NCBI RefSeq assembly: GCF_016127575.1
Contig: NZ_CP066018.1
Coordinates: forward strand, 3,990,001-4,022,000
DNA length: 32,000 nucleotides
DNA from: Cupriavidus necator
GTDB taxonomy: Bacteria; Pseudomonadota; Gammaproteobacteria; Burkholderiales; Burkholderiaceae
Reading direction: 5' to 3'
Positions within the stretch are counted from its first letter, which is position 1; each line of letters opens with the position of its first letter. The notes beneath the pieces are model-generated. The model was not told the DNA's origin. It saw only the letters and a list, made by a program, of their open reading frames with translations, and ran no database searches. Positions 25,441-32,000 of this stretch are shown here, piece by piece. The translations under genes and the position numbers were made by a program.

Positions 25441-27795
25441 ATGTCCAACCTGCCCGCATCCGTCTCGCAAAAGATCGTCTCGCTCATCGCGGCTGAACTG
25501 TCCGTGCAGCCCCGCCAGGTGGCCGCGGCCGTGGCGCTGCTCGACGAAGGCGCCACCGTGCCCTTCATCGCCCGCTACCGCAAGGAAGTGACCGGCAACC
25601 TCGATGACACGCAGCTGCGCAACCTGGAAGAGCGCCTGCTGTACCTGCGCGACATGGAAGACCGCCGCGCTGCCATCCTCGCGTCGATCCAGGAGCAAGG
25701 CAAGCTGACGCCCGAGCTGCAGGCCGCCATCGAGGCCGCCGAAACCAAGCAGGCGCTCGAAGACCTCTACCTTCCCTACAAGCCCAAGCGCCGCACCCGC
25801 GCCCAGATCGCGCGCGAATGCGGGCTGGAGCCGCTGGCGCTGGCACTGCTGGCCGATCCCACGCTGGATCCGCAGGCCGAGGCCGCCAGGTACGTCAACG
25901 GCAACCCGACCGCCGACGGCGGCGTGCCTGACGTCAAGGCCGCGCTGGACGGCGCGCGCGACATCCTGTCCGAGCAGTTCGGCGAGACTGCGGAACTGCT
26001 GGGCAAGCTGCGCGAGCACCTGTGGACCAACGGCGTGGTGTCCTCCACCGTGATGGAAGGCAAGGAAACCGCCGAGGAAGAGAAGTTCCGCGACTACTAC
26101 GCCTACAGCGAGACCATCCGCACGGTGCCGTCGCACCGCGCGCTGGCGCTGTTCCGCGGCCGCAACGCGGGCGTGCTGATGGTCAAGCTGGGCCTGGGCG
26201 AGGAACAGGACGCGATGGTGCCGCACCCGTGCGAAGGCATGATCGCGCGCCATGTCGGCATCCAGCAGTTGGGCCGCCCGGCCGACAAGTGGCTGGGCGA
26301 CGTATGCCGCTGGTGCTGGCGCGTCAAGGTGCAGCCCCACCTGGAAACCGAACTGCTGACACAGCTGCGCGAAACTGCGGAGAACGAAGCCATCAAGGTG
26401 TTCGGCCGCAACCTGCATGAGCTGCTGCTGGCCGCGCCGGCCGGGCCCAAGTCGGTGATGGGCGTCGACCCGGGCATCCGCACCGGCTGCAAGATCGCCG
26501 TGGTGGACAGCACCGGCAAGCTGCTGGACACCGCCACCATCTACCCGCACGAGCCGCGCCGCGACTGGAACGGCTCGCTCGCCACGCTGGCGCGCCTGGC
26601 AAGGCAGCACAATGTGGCGCTGGTGTCGATCGGCAACGGCACCGCCAGCCGCGAAACCGACAAGCTGGTGCAGGACCTGATGAAGCAGATGCCCGAGCTG
26701 AAGCTGACCAAGATCGTGGTCAGCGAGGCCGGCGCTTCGGTGTATTCGGCGTCGGAACTGGCCGCCAAGGAATTCCCGGACCTGGACGTGTCGTTGCGCG
26801 GCGCGGTGTCGATTGCCCGCCGGCTGCAGGATCCGCTGGCCGAACTGGTCAAGATCGATCCCAAGTCGATCGGCGTGGGCCAGTACCAGCATGACGTCAA
26901 CCAGCGCGAGCTGGCGCGGGCGCTGGACGCCGTGGTCGAAGACTGCGTCAACGCCGTGGGCGTGGACGTCAATACCGCCTCGGCGCCGCTGCTGGCGCGC
27001 GTGTCGGGCCTGAACACGGTGCTGGCGCGCAATATCGTCGAGTTCCGCGACGCCAATGGCGCCTTCCCCAACCGTAACGCGCTGAAGCAGGTGCCGCGCC
27101 TGGGCGACAAGACCTTCGAGCAGGCCGCCGGCTTCCTGCGCATCAACGACGGCGACAATCCGCTGGACCGCTCCTCGGTGCACCCGGAAGCGTATCCGGT
27201 GGTGCAGCGCATCCTGGAACACGTCAAGAAGGGCCTGCGCGACGTGATGGGCAACCGCGACGCGCTGCGCGGGCTGTCGCCGACGCAGTTCACCGACGAC
27301 TCCTTCGGCCTGCCGACCGTGCGCGACATCCTGTCCGAGCTGGAAAAGCCGGGCCGTGACCCGCGCCCCGAGTTCAAGACCGCAACCTTCCAGGAAGGCG
27401 TGGAAGACGTGAAGGACCTGCAGCCCGGCATGGTGCTGGAAGGCGTGGTCACCAACGTGGCAGCCTTCGGTGCGTTTGTCGATATCGGCGTGCACCAGGA
27501 CGGCCTGGTCCACATCTCGGCACTGTCCAGCAAGTTCGTCAAGGACGCGCATGAGGTGGTCAAGGCCGGCCAGATCGTCAAGGTCAAGGTGATGGAGGTC
27601 GACGTCAAGCGCAACCGCATCGGCCTGTCGATGCGCCTGGACGACGAGCCAGGCCAGGCCGCGGCGCGTGCCGGCGGCGACCGTGGTGACCGCGGCGGCC
27701 AACGCAACGGCGGCGGCAAGGGCTTCAACGGCGGCCGCCGCGAGGCGGAACCGGCCAGCGCCATGGCCGCGGCCTTCGCCAAGCTCAAGCGCTAG
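25441..27795 (+). CDS. tex: Transcription accessory protein Tex (YqgF/HhH/S1 domains)
   Basis: 784 aa. The N-terminus reads ...[31 protein letters not shown]. The YqgF-like region reads [17 protein letters not shown]. The C-terminal S1 domain reads [34 protein letters not shown] Gly/Arg-rich tail follows. Confidence 0.92.
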   Translation: MSNLPASVSQKIVSLIAAELSVQPRQVAAAVALLDEGATVPFIARYRKEVTGNLDDTQLRNLEERLLYLRDMEDRRAAILASIQEQGKLTPELQAAIEAAETKQALEDLYLPYKPKRRTRAQIARECGLEPLALALLADPTLDPQAEAARYVNGNPTADGGVPDVKAALDGARDILSEQFGETAELLGKLREHLWTNGVVSSTVMEGKETAEEEKFRDYYAYSETIRTVPSHRALALFRGRNAGVLMVKLGLGEEQDAMVPHPCEGMIARHVGIQQLGRPADKWLGDVCRWCWRVKVQPHLETELLTQLRETAENEAIKVFGRNLHELLLAAPAGPKSVMGVDPGIRTGCKIAVVDSTGKLLDTATIYPHEPRRDWNGSLATLARLARQHNVALVSIGNGTASRETDKLVQDLMKQMPELKLTKIVVSEAGASVYSASELAAKEFPDLDVSLRGAVSIARRLQDPLAELVKIDPKSIGVGQYQHDVNQRELARALDAVVEDCVNAVGVDVNTASAPLLARVSGLNTVLARNIVEFRDANGAFPNRNALKQVPRLGDKTFEQAAGFLRINDGDNPLDRSSVHPEAYPVVQRILEHVKKGLRDVMGNRDALRGLSPTQFTDDSFGLPTVRDILSELEKPGRDPRPEFKTATFQEGVEDVKDLQPGMVLEGVVTNVAAFGAFVDIGVHQDGLVHISALSSKFVKDAHEVVKAGQIVKVKVMEVDVKRNRIGLSMRLDDEPGQAAARAGGDRGDRGGQRNGGGKGFNGGRREAEPASAMAAAFAKLKR

Positions 27796-27813
27796 CCCGC
27801 AAGCCGATGGCAT

Positions 27814-27853
27814 GACGCCCCGCACGGGCGACCGTGCGGGGCGTCGTCGTTTT
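27814..27853 (+). terminator. Rho-independent terminator of tex
   Basis: GACGCCCCGCACGG-gcga-CCGTGCGGGGCGTC is a perfect 14-bp stem followed by GTCGTTTT. The T-run abuts the stop codon of the convergent kinase gene. Confidence 0.8.
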
Positions 27854-29208
27854 CAGCCGCCGTGCGCGATCCGAACGGCCAGGCCCTTGCCGGCGCCATC
27901 GGTGCGGTTGGCGAACGCAATCTCCAGCCCATGCAGCCGCGCCACGCGCTGCGCGATCGAAATGCCGAGGCCGTGGCCCTGCTCGCGCTGCCCCGATCCG
28001 CCACGGAAGAAGCGATCGCCCAGCCGCGCCAGCACGTCAGGCGCGACGCCCGGGCCCTGGTCGAGCACCGTGACGCTGTCGGGCCGGAAATCGATGGTCA
28101 CCAGCGCGCCCGGCGGGCTGTAGCGGATGGCGTTGTCGAGCAGGTTGCGCAGCAGCAGCGACAGCAGGTTGGCGTCACCCGCCACCGGCAATGGCGCCTG
28201 CCCTTCCGGGGGCCACTCCAGCTCGACGTCGACCTGCTTCCGCTGCGCCAGAGCCAGGCAGTCCGACAGCGCCTGCTGCGCCACCGGGATCCAGTTGACC
28301 GGCTGGCGTGACGGCAGGCCGGCAGCATCTTCCAGCCGGCTCAGCGTCAGCAGCTGCGACACCAGCCGGCTGATGCGGTCGATGCCGGTGGCCACGTTGG
28401 CGCGTGCCTGCGCGCGCTCGGCGTCATCGGCCGAACGCTCGGCGATTTCCCACTGCGCCTTCAGCGCGGCCAACGGCGTGCGCATCTCATGGGCAGCATC
28501 GGCGGTGAGGCGCCGTTCATGCTCGATCGAATCCGACACGCGCGCCAGCAGGCGGTTCATGGCGTGCACCAGCGGCACCAGTTCGCCCGGCACTGCCTGC
28601 AGGCTGAGCGGCCGGCGGTCTTGGGGGGCGCGGCCTTCAATATCGGTCGACAACGCGCGCACCGGCGCCATCGCGCGCCGCATGAACCAGATCAACAGGC
28701 CGATCAGCACCGGCAGGCCTGCGGCCCACGGCAGCACCTGCGCGGCGATATAGGACAGGATCAGCTCATTGCGCTCGGCCAGTTGCTGGCCCACGCAGAC
28801 GCGCCAGCCCGTGTCGGGATCATCGAGGTAGTAAAGCCGCCAGGACTGCTTGTCGATGGTGACGTCGGTAAAGCCCTTCACTCCTGGCGCACGCGGCAGC
28901 AGGTCGCCCTCGGGATCGATATGCAAGGGCTTGCCGTCCGGCAGCCAGGCGGCGATGGCGAGATCGCCCAGGCCCGCATCGCCCTGGTCGCCCTCGACCA
29001 GCTCTGGCAGCCGGGTGCGCGACGGCGCCGCGGCGACATCCACCAGCGGCACCACCGAATGCATCTGCAGCGCCATGCGCACCATGTCGGTGTCATAGAG
29101 TTCATTGATCTCGTGCCGGGCGCGCACGTAGGTCATGCCGATGGTCAGCAGCCACACCACCGGCGCGGCGATCAGCACCGCAAGGATGAGCCGGCGCTGC
29201 AACGTCAT
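27853..29208 (-). CDS. Sensor histidine kinase (PmrB/BasS/QseC-like, two TM segments plus a periplasmic loop)
   Basis: H-box AHEMRTPLAAL, N-box LLRNLLDNAIRYS, G1 DQGPGV and G2 GHGLGISIA. N-terminal TM LILAVLIAAPVVWLLTIGM and a second TM before the HAMP-like region. ATG 29208 overlaps the regulator's stop (ATGA). Confidence 0.85.
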   Translation of the reverse strand: MTLQRRLILAVLIAAPVVWLLTIGMTYVRARHEINELYDTDMVRMALQMHSVVPLVDVAAAPSRTRLPELVEGDQGDAGLGDLAIAAWLPDGKPLHIDPEGDLLPRAPGVKGFTDVTIDKQSWRLYYLDDPDTGWRVCVGQQLAERNELILSYIAAQVLPWAAGLPVLIGLLIWFMRRAMAPVRALSTDIEGRAPQDRRPLSLQAVPGELVPLVHAMNRLLARVSDSIEHERRLTADAAHEMRTPLAALKAQWEIAERSADDAERAQARANVATGIDRISRLVSQLLTLSRLEDAAGLPSRQPVNWIPVAQQALSDCLALAQRKQVDVELEWPPEGQAPLPVAGDANLLSLLLRNLLDNAIRYSPPGALVTIDFRPDSVTVLDQGPGVAPDVLARLGDRFFRGGSGQREQGHGLGISIAQRVARLHGLEIAFANRTDGAGKGLAVRIAHGG

Positions 29209-29876
29209 GTGCAATCCTCGGCCGCGCCCAGCGTGTAGCCGGCGCCGCGGAAGGTGCGCACGATCTTCGGATGGATCTTGCGGCGCAGGTGGTGGATATG
29301 GACTTCCAGCGCGTTGCTTTCAACGCCGCCCTGCCAGTCGTAGAGCTTGTCGCGCAGGAAGTCGCGCGTCAGCAGCCGGTTGGGGTGCGCCAGCAGCAGC
29401 TCCAGCAGCATGGCTTCGCGGCTGGTCAGCTCCAGGGGCTTGCCCTGCCAGTACGCCTGGCGCGCGGCCGGATGGAATTCCAGCGCGCCGTGCTTCCACA
29501 CTGGAGACGACAGGCCCGCGGCGCGGCGGGTCACGGCACGCAGCCGGGCCGCCAGCTCATCGAGCGCGATCGGCTTGACCAGGTAGTCGTCGGCACCGGC
29601 GTCAAGGCCGCCGATGCGGCTGTCGATCGCATCGCGCGCGGTCAGCACGATCACCGGGATGCGGCTGCCGCGCGCACGCCAGCGCGCGAGCAGCGACATG
29701 CCGTCTTCCCCTGGCAGGCCCAGGTCCAGCACCACGGCATCGTAGTGGACCACGCCGAGCGCATGGTCGGCTTCGGTGCCGGTGCTGAACCAGTCGACCG
29801 CATAGTCGAGCAGCTGCAGGCCGCGCCGCAGCCCGTCACCCAGCATCGGGGCGTCTTCAACAATAAGGATTCTCAT
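29205..29876 (-). CDS. OmpR/PhoB-family response regulator (PmrA/BasR/QseB-like)
   Basis: 223 aa. The receiver reads MRILIVEDAPMLGDGL...DAVVLDLGLPGEDG...VIVLTARD...GADDYLVKP. The winged-helix output reads L.LTSREAMLLELL...R.......LY.........NALEVHIHHLRRKI......TFRGAGY.L. Confidence 0.88.
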   Translation of the reverse strand: MRILIVEDAPMLGDGLRRGLQLLDYAVDWFSTGTEADHALGVVHYDAVVLDLGLPGEDGMSLLARWRARGSRIPVIVLTARDAIDSRIGGLDAGADDYLVKPIALDELAARLRAVTRRAAGLSSPVWKHGALEFHPAARQAYWQGKPLELTSREAMLLELLLAHPNRLLTRDFLRDKLYDWQGGVESNALEVHIHHLRRKIHPKIVRTFRGAGYTLGAAEDCT

Positions 29877-29921
29877 TTTCTCGGGTGACCCGGACGTATC
29901 ACGGTATTGTGCGCGCCCCGC

Positions 29922-29938
29922 CTTAATGTGCCATTAAG
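29922..29938 (+). promoter_or_regulatory. PmrA(BasR)-box-like motif CTTAAT-N5-ATTAAG in the divergent regulator/arnT spacer
   Basis: Read directly. Two xTTAAx hexamers spaced 11 bp centre to centre, as in the enterobacterial PmrA box (C/T)TTAA(G/T)-N5-(C/T)TTAA(G/T). The site is also a perfect 6-5-6 palindrome. A TATCCT -10-like hexamer lies 10 nt downstream on the + strand. Confidence 0.45.
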
Positions 29939-30092
29939 GTTCGCGAACTATCCTGCGCTCACTTTGCAGGCGCCCCGCTGTTCAACGCGGCGCGGGCCGC
30001 CAGCGTGGACATGGCCTTGCCGCCGAGCGCCTGCACGCCGCCACGCGCGCCACCACCCACCCTTCCCTTTCACGCCGAGCCGTTTGCGCATC

Positions 30093-31844
30093 ATGCACCG
30101 TTCCGACCGCCTCGCCGCCGAGCCTGGGCTCATCAGCGCCCGGCCCGCCGCGCCGTGGCATGCCACGCGGCTGGCGGGCGTGCCCGCGGTGACGCTCGGG
30201 CTGGTGGTGCTGGCGTTCGCGCTGCTTTGGTTCGGCACGCTGGGCGTGCGCCACCTGCTCGGGCCCGACGAGGGCCGCTATGCCGAGATCGCCCGCGAGA
30301 TGCTGAGCACGGGCGACTGGGTCACGATCCGCTACAACGGGCTGAAGTACTTCGAGAAGCCGCCGTTCCATATGTGGGCCACGGCGGTGTCGTACGCGCT
30401 GTTCGGCATCGGCGACTGGCAGGCGCGGCTGTGCGTGGCGCTGGCCGGCATCGCCGGGCTGGGAATATCGATGCTGGCCGCGGCGCGCTGGTTCGGCGCG
30501 CGTGCGGGCTTGCTGGCCGGACTGGTGCTGGCAAGCGCGCCCATGTGGAACCTCGCCGCGCACTTCAATACGCTGGACATGACGCTGTCCGGCAGCATGG
30601 CCTGCGTGCTCGCGTGCATGCTGCTGGCCCAGCATCCGCACGCCACGGCGCCGGCACGCCGCCGCTGGATGCTGGCGTGCTGGGCGGCCATGGGCGTGGC
30701 GGTGCTGACCAAGGGGCTGGTCGGGCTGGCGCTGCCGGGACTGGTGCTGGTGGTGTACACCTGCGTGACGCGCGACCTCGCACGGTGGCGCCGCCTGCAT
30801 GCGCCGGCCGGCATCGCCCTGATGCTGCTGGTGGCGATGCCTTGGTACTGGCTGGTGGCGCGGCGCAATCCGGAATTCCTGCGCTTTTTCTTTATCCACG
30901 AGCACTGGCAGCGATACACCTCGACCGTGCATGCGCGCAAGGGCGGGCTGTGGTACTTCGTGCCGCTGCTGGTGGGCGGCTTCCTGCCGTGGCTCGGGCT
31001 GGTTCCCGGCATGGTCCGCGCGGTCGGGCAGCGTACCGGCGTGGTTGCCGCGGGTGGGTCCAGGCCGTTCCAGCCTGCGCTGATGGCAGGGCTGTGGGCG
31101 GTGTCGATCTTCGTGTTCTTCAGCCTGTCGGGCTCGAAGCTGCCCGGCTACATCCTGCCGCTGTTTCCCGCACTGGCGATCCTGGCGGGCGCAGCGCTGG
31201 CGCGGACCGGTGACCAACCCTGGCGCAGGCAGCTGTGCGCCATGCTGGCGGTGGGCGCGATCGGCCTGCTGGCAAGCCCGGTCGTGGCCACGCTGGATTC
31301 CAACAACACCCCCAACGCGCTGTACCGCGCGTATGCCGCATGGGTGGCGCTGGCATTCGCGCTGGTGATTACCAGCGCCGCCATCGGGCTGTGGCTGCTG
31401 CGGCGGCATGGCCGCCTGGCCAGCATCACGGCCTATGCATTCGGCATGCTGCTGGCATTCTCCACCGCATTGCTGGGCCATGAAGCGATCGGCCGCTCCG
31501 CCTCGGGCATCGACATGGTGGCGCCGATCGAACGCGTGCTGCGCCCCGGCATGCCGCTCTACGGCGTCGGCATGCTCGACCATACCCTGCCCTTCTACCT
31601 GCGCCATCCGCTCACCATGGTGGCGCAGGCCGACGAGCTCGCGTTCGGCGCCGGACAGGAGCCGCAGAAGTGGCTGCCGACCCTCGATGCCTTCGTCGAT
31701 GCCTGGCAGCATGGCCCGCGTGCCATCGCGCTGCTCTCGCCGCAGGCATTCTCTGAACTGAGCGCGCGCGTGCCGATGCATGTCGTCGCGCGCGACTGGC
31801 GGCGCGTGGCCGTCGCCAACTTCCCCCTCGCCGGCGCGCGCTAG
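30093..31844 (+). CDS. arnT: Undecaprenyl-phosphate-L-Ara4N:lipid A transferase ArnT-like glycosyltransferase (PMT_2/GT83)
   Basis: 583 aa from ATG 30093. [36 protein letters not shown] parallels E. coli Arn[49 protein letters not shown] and EHWQRY motifs are present, with multiple TM helices. The upstream 62 codons of the track ORF are not coding-like. Confidence 0.85.
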   Translation: MHRSDRLAAEPGLISARPAAPWHATRLAGVPAVTLGLVVLAFALLWFGTLGVRHLLGPDEGRYAEIAREMLSTGDWVTIRYNGLKYFEKPPFHMWATAVSYALFGIGDWQARLCVALAGIAGLGISMLAAARWFGARAGLLAGLVLASAPMWNLAAHFNTLDMTLSGSMACVLACMLLAQHPHATAPARRRWMLACWAAMGVAVLTKGLVGLALPGLVLVVYTCVTRDLARWRRLHAPAGIALMLLVAMPWYWLVARRNPEFLRFFFIHEHWQRYTSTVHARKGGLWYFVPLLVGGFLPWLGLVPGMVRAVGQRTGVVAAGGSRPFQPALMAGLWAVSIFVFFSLSGSKLPGYILPLFPALAILAGAALARTGDQPWRRQLCAMLAVGAIGLLASPVVATLDSNNTPNALYRAYAAWVALAFALVITSAAIGLWLLRRHGRLASITAYAFGMLLAFSTALLGHEAIGRSASGIDMVAPIERVLRPGMPLYGVGMLDHTLPFYLRHPLTMVAQADELAFGAGQEPQKWLPTLDAFVDAWQHGPRAIALLSPQAFSELSARVPMHVVARDWRRVAVANFPLAGAR

Positions 31845-31888
31845 CCGCGCCGGCGCCTCCCGATTTCCCCTGCCATTCGTCAAATCCA

Positions 31889-32000
31889 ATGCAAGGCAAG
31901 AAAGTACTGATCCTCGGCGTCAACGGCTTTATCGGCCATCACCTGACGCGCCGCATCCTGGAAACCACGCCGTGGGAGGTCTACGGCATGGACATGTCGT
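31889..32000 (+). CDS. arnA: NAD-dependent UDP-glucuronate decarboxylase, ArnA C-terminal-domain-like (5' fragment; continues beyond the right edge)
   Basis: [37 protein letters not shown] closely parallels E. coli ArnA residues around [32 protein letters not shown]. Only 37 codons are visible. Confidence 0.65.
   Translation, partial: MQGKKVLILGVNGFIGHHLTRRILETTPWEVYGMDMS

Noticed and set aside
25198-27825. 875-aa ORF on the minus strand, spanning the whole tex gene
   Set aside because: It is exactly antisense to a strongly supported Tex CDS. The translation is Arg/Ala/Gly/His/Leu-rich with no recognisable motifs. Long stop-free antisense frames are expected at this G+C content.
29982-31889. 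635-aa minus-strand ORF opposite arnT
   Set aside because: It is antisense to a CDS with clear ArnT motifs and TM helices. Its composition (R/G/A/H/Q-rich) is typical of a high-GC shadow frame.
1-32000. Scan for CRISPR arrays, tRNA/rRNA genes, IS elements, integrases, phage genes or long direct or inverted repeats
   Set aside because: I found none by eye. There are no regularly spaced repeats, no cloverleaf-like segments in the intergenic regions and no transposase or integrase-like ORFs. A computational scan (tRNAscan, Infernal/Rfam, ISfinder) would be needed to exclude small ncRNAs.

Overview
This is high-G+C betaproteobacterial chromosomal DNA. From memory, the translated proteins match the Cupriavidus necator (Ralstonia eutropha) H16 polyhydroxybutyrate locus, read here in reverse orientation. 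On the minus strand lie phaC (16636-18405), phaA (15370-16551), phaB (14555-15295) and phaR (13567-14118). The second beta-ketothiolase, bktB, lies further left (8922-10106). The rest is mainly housekeeping:
- mfd 3' end, two M20 peptidases and serB;
- a small-membrane-protein/PepSY operon with a Fur-box-like site upstream, a DUF2789 gene and metC;
- rimO, dusC, pgeF-rluD, bamD, a YoaA/DinG-type helicase and tex;
- an OmpR-family two-component pair divergent from arnT and an arnA-like gene (lipid A L-Ara4N modification).

I found no rRNA or tRNA genes, CRISPR arrays, transposases, integrases or long repeats. Genes are densely packed. Every very long 'antisense' ORF in the six-frame track overlaps a well-supported gene, so I treat them as high-G+C artefacts.

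I do not see convincing evidence of a novel multi-gene system. The parts most worth a second look are:
- a HigB/HigA-like toxin-antitoxin pair inserted between phaR and dusC, with a perfect palindrome over its start;
- an uncharacterised exported protein translationally coupled to bktB;
- an exported, highly charged coiled-coil protein, a DUF465 protein and the YoaA-like helicase, all on the same strand;
- candidate regulatory sites: a Fur box, a PmrA-type box, a phaR-proximal nested palindrome and the long phaC leader.

All family assignments rest on recalled sequence similarity and motifs, not database searches.
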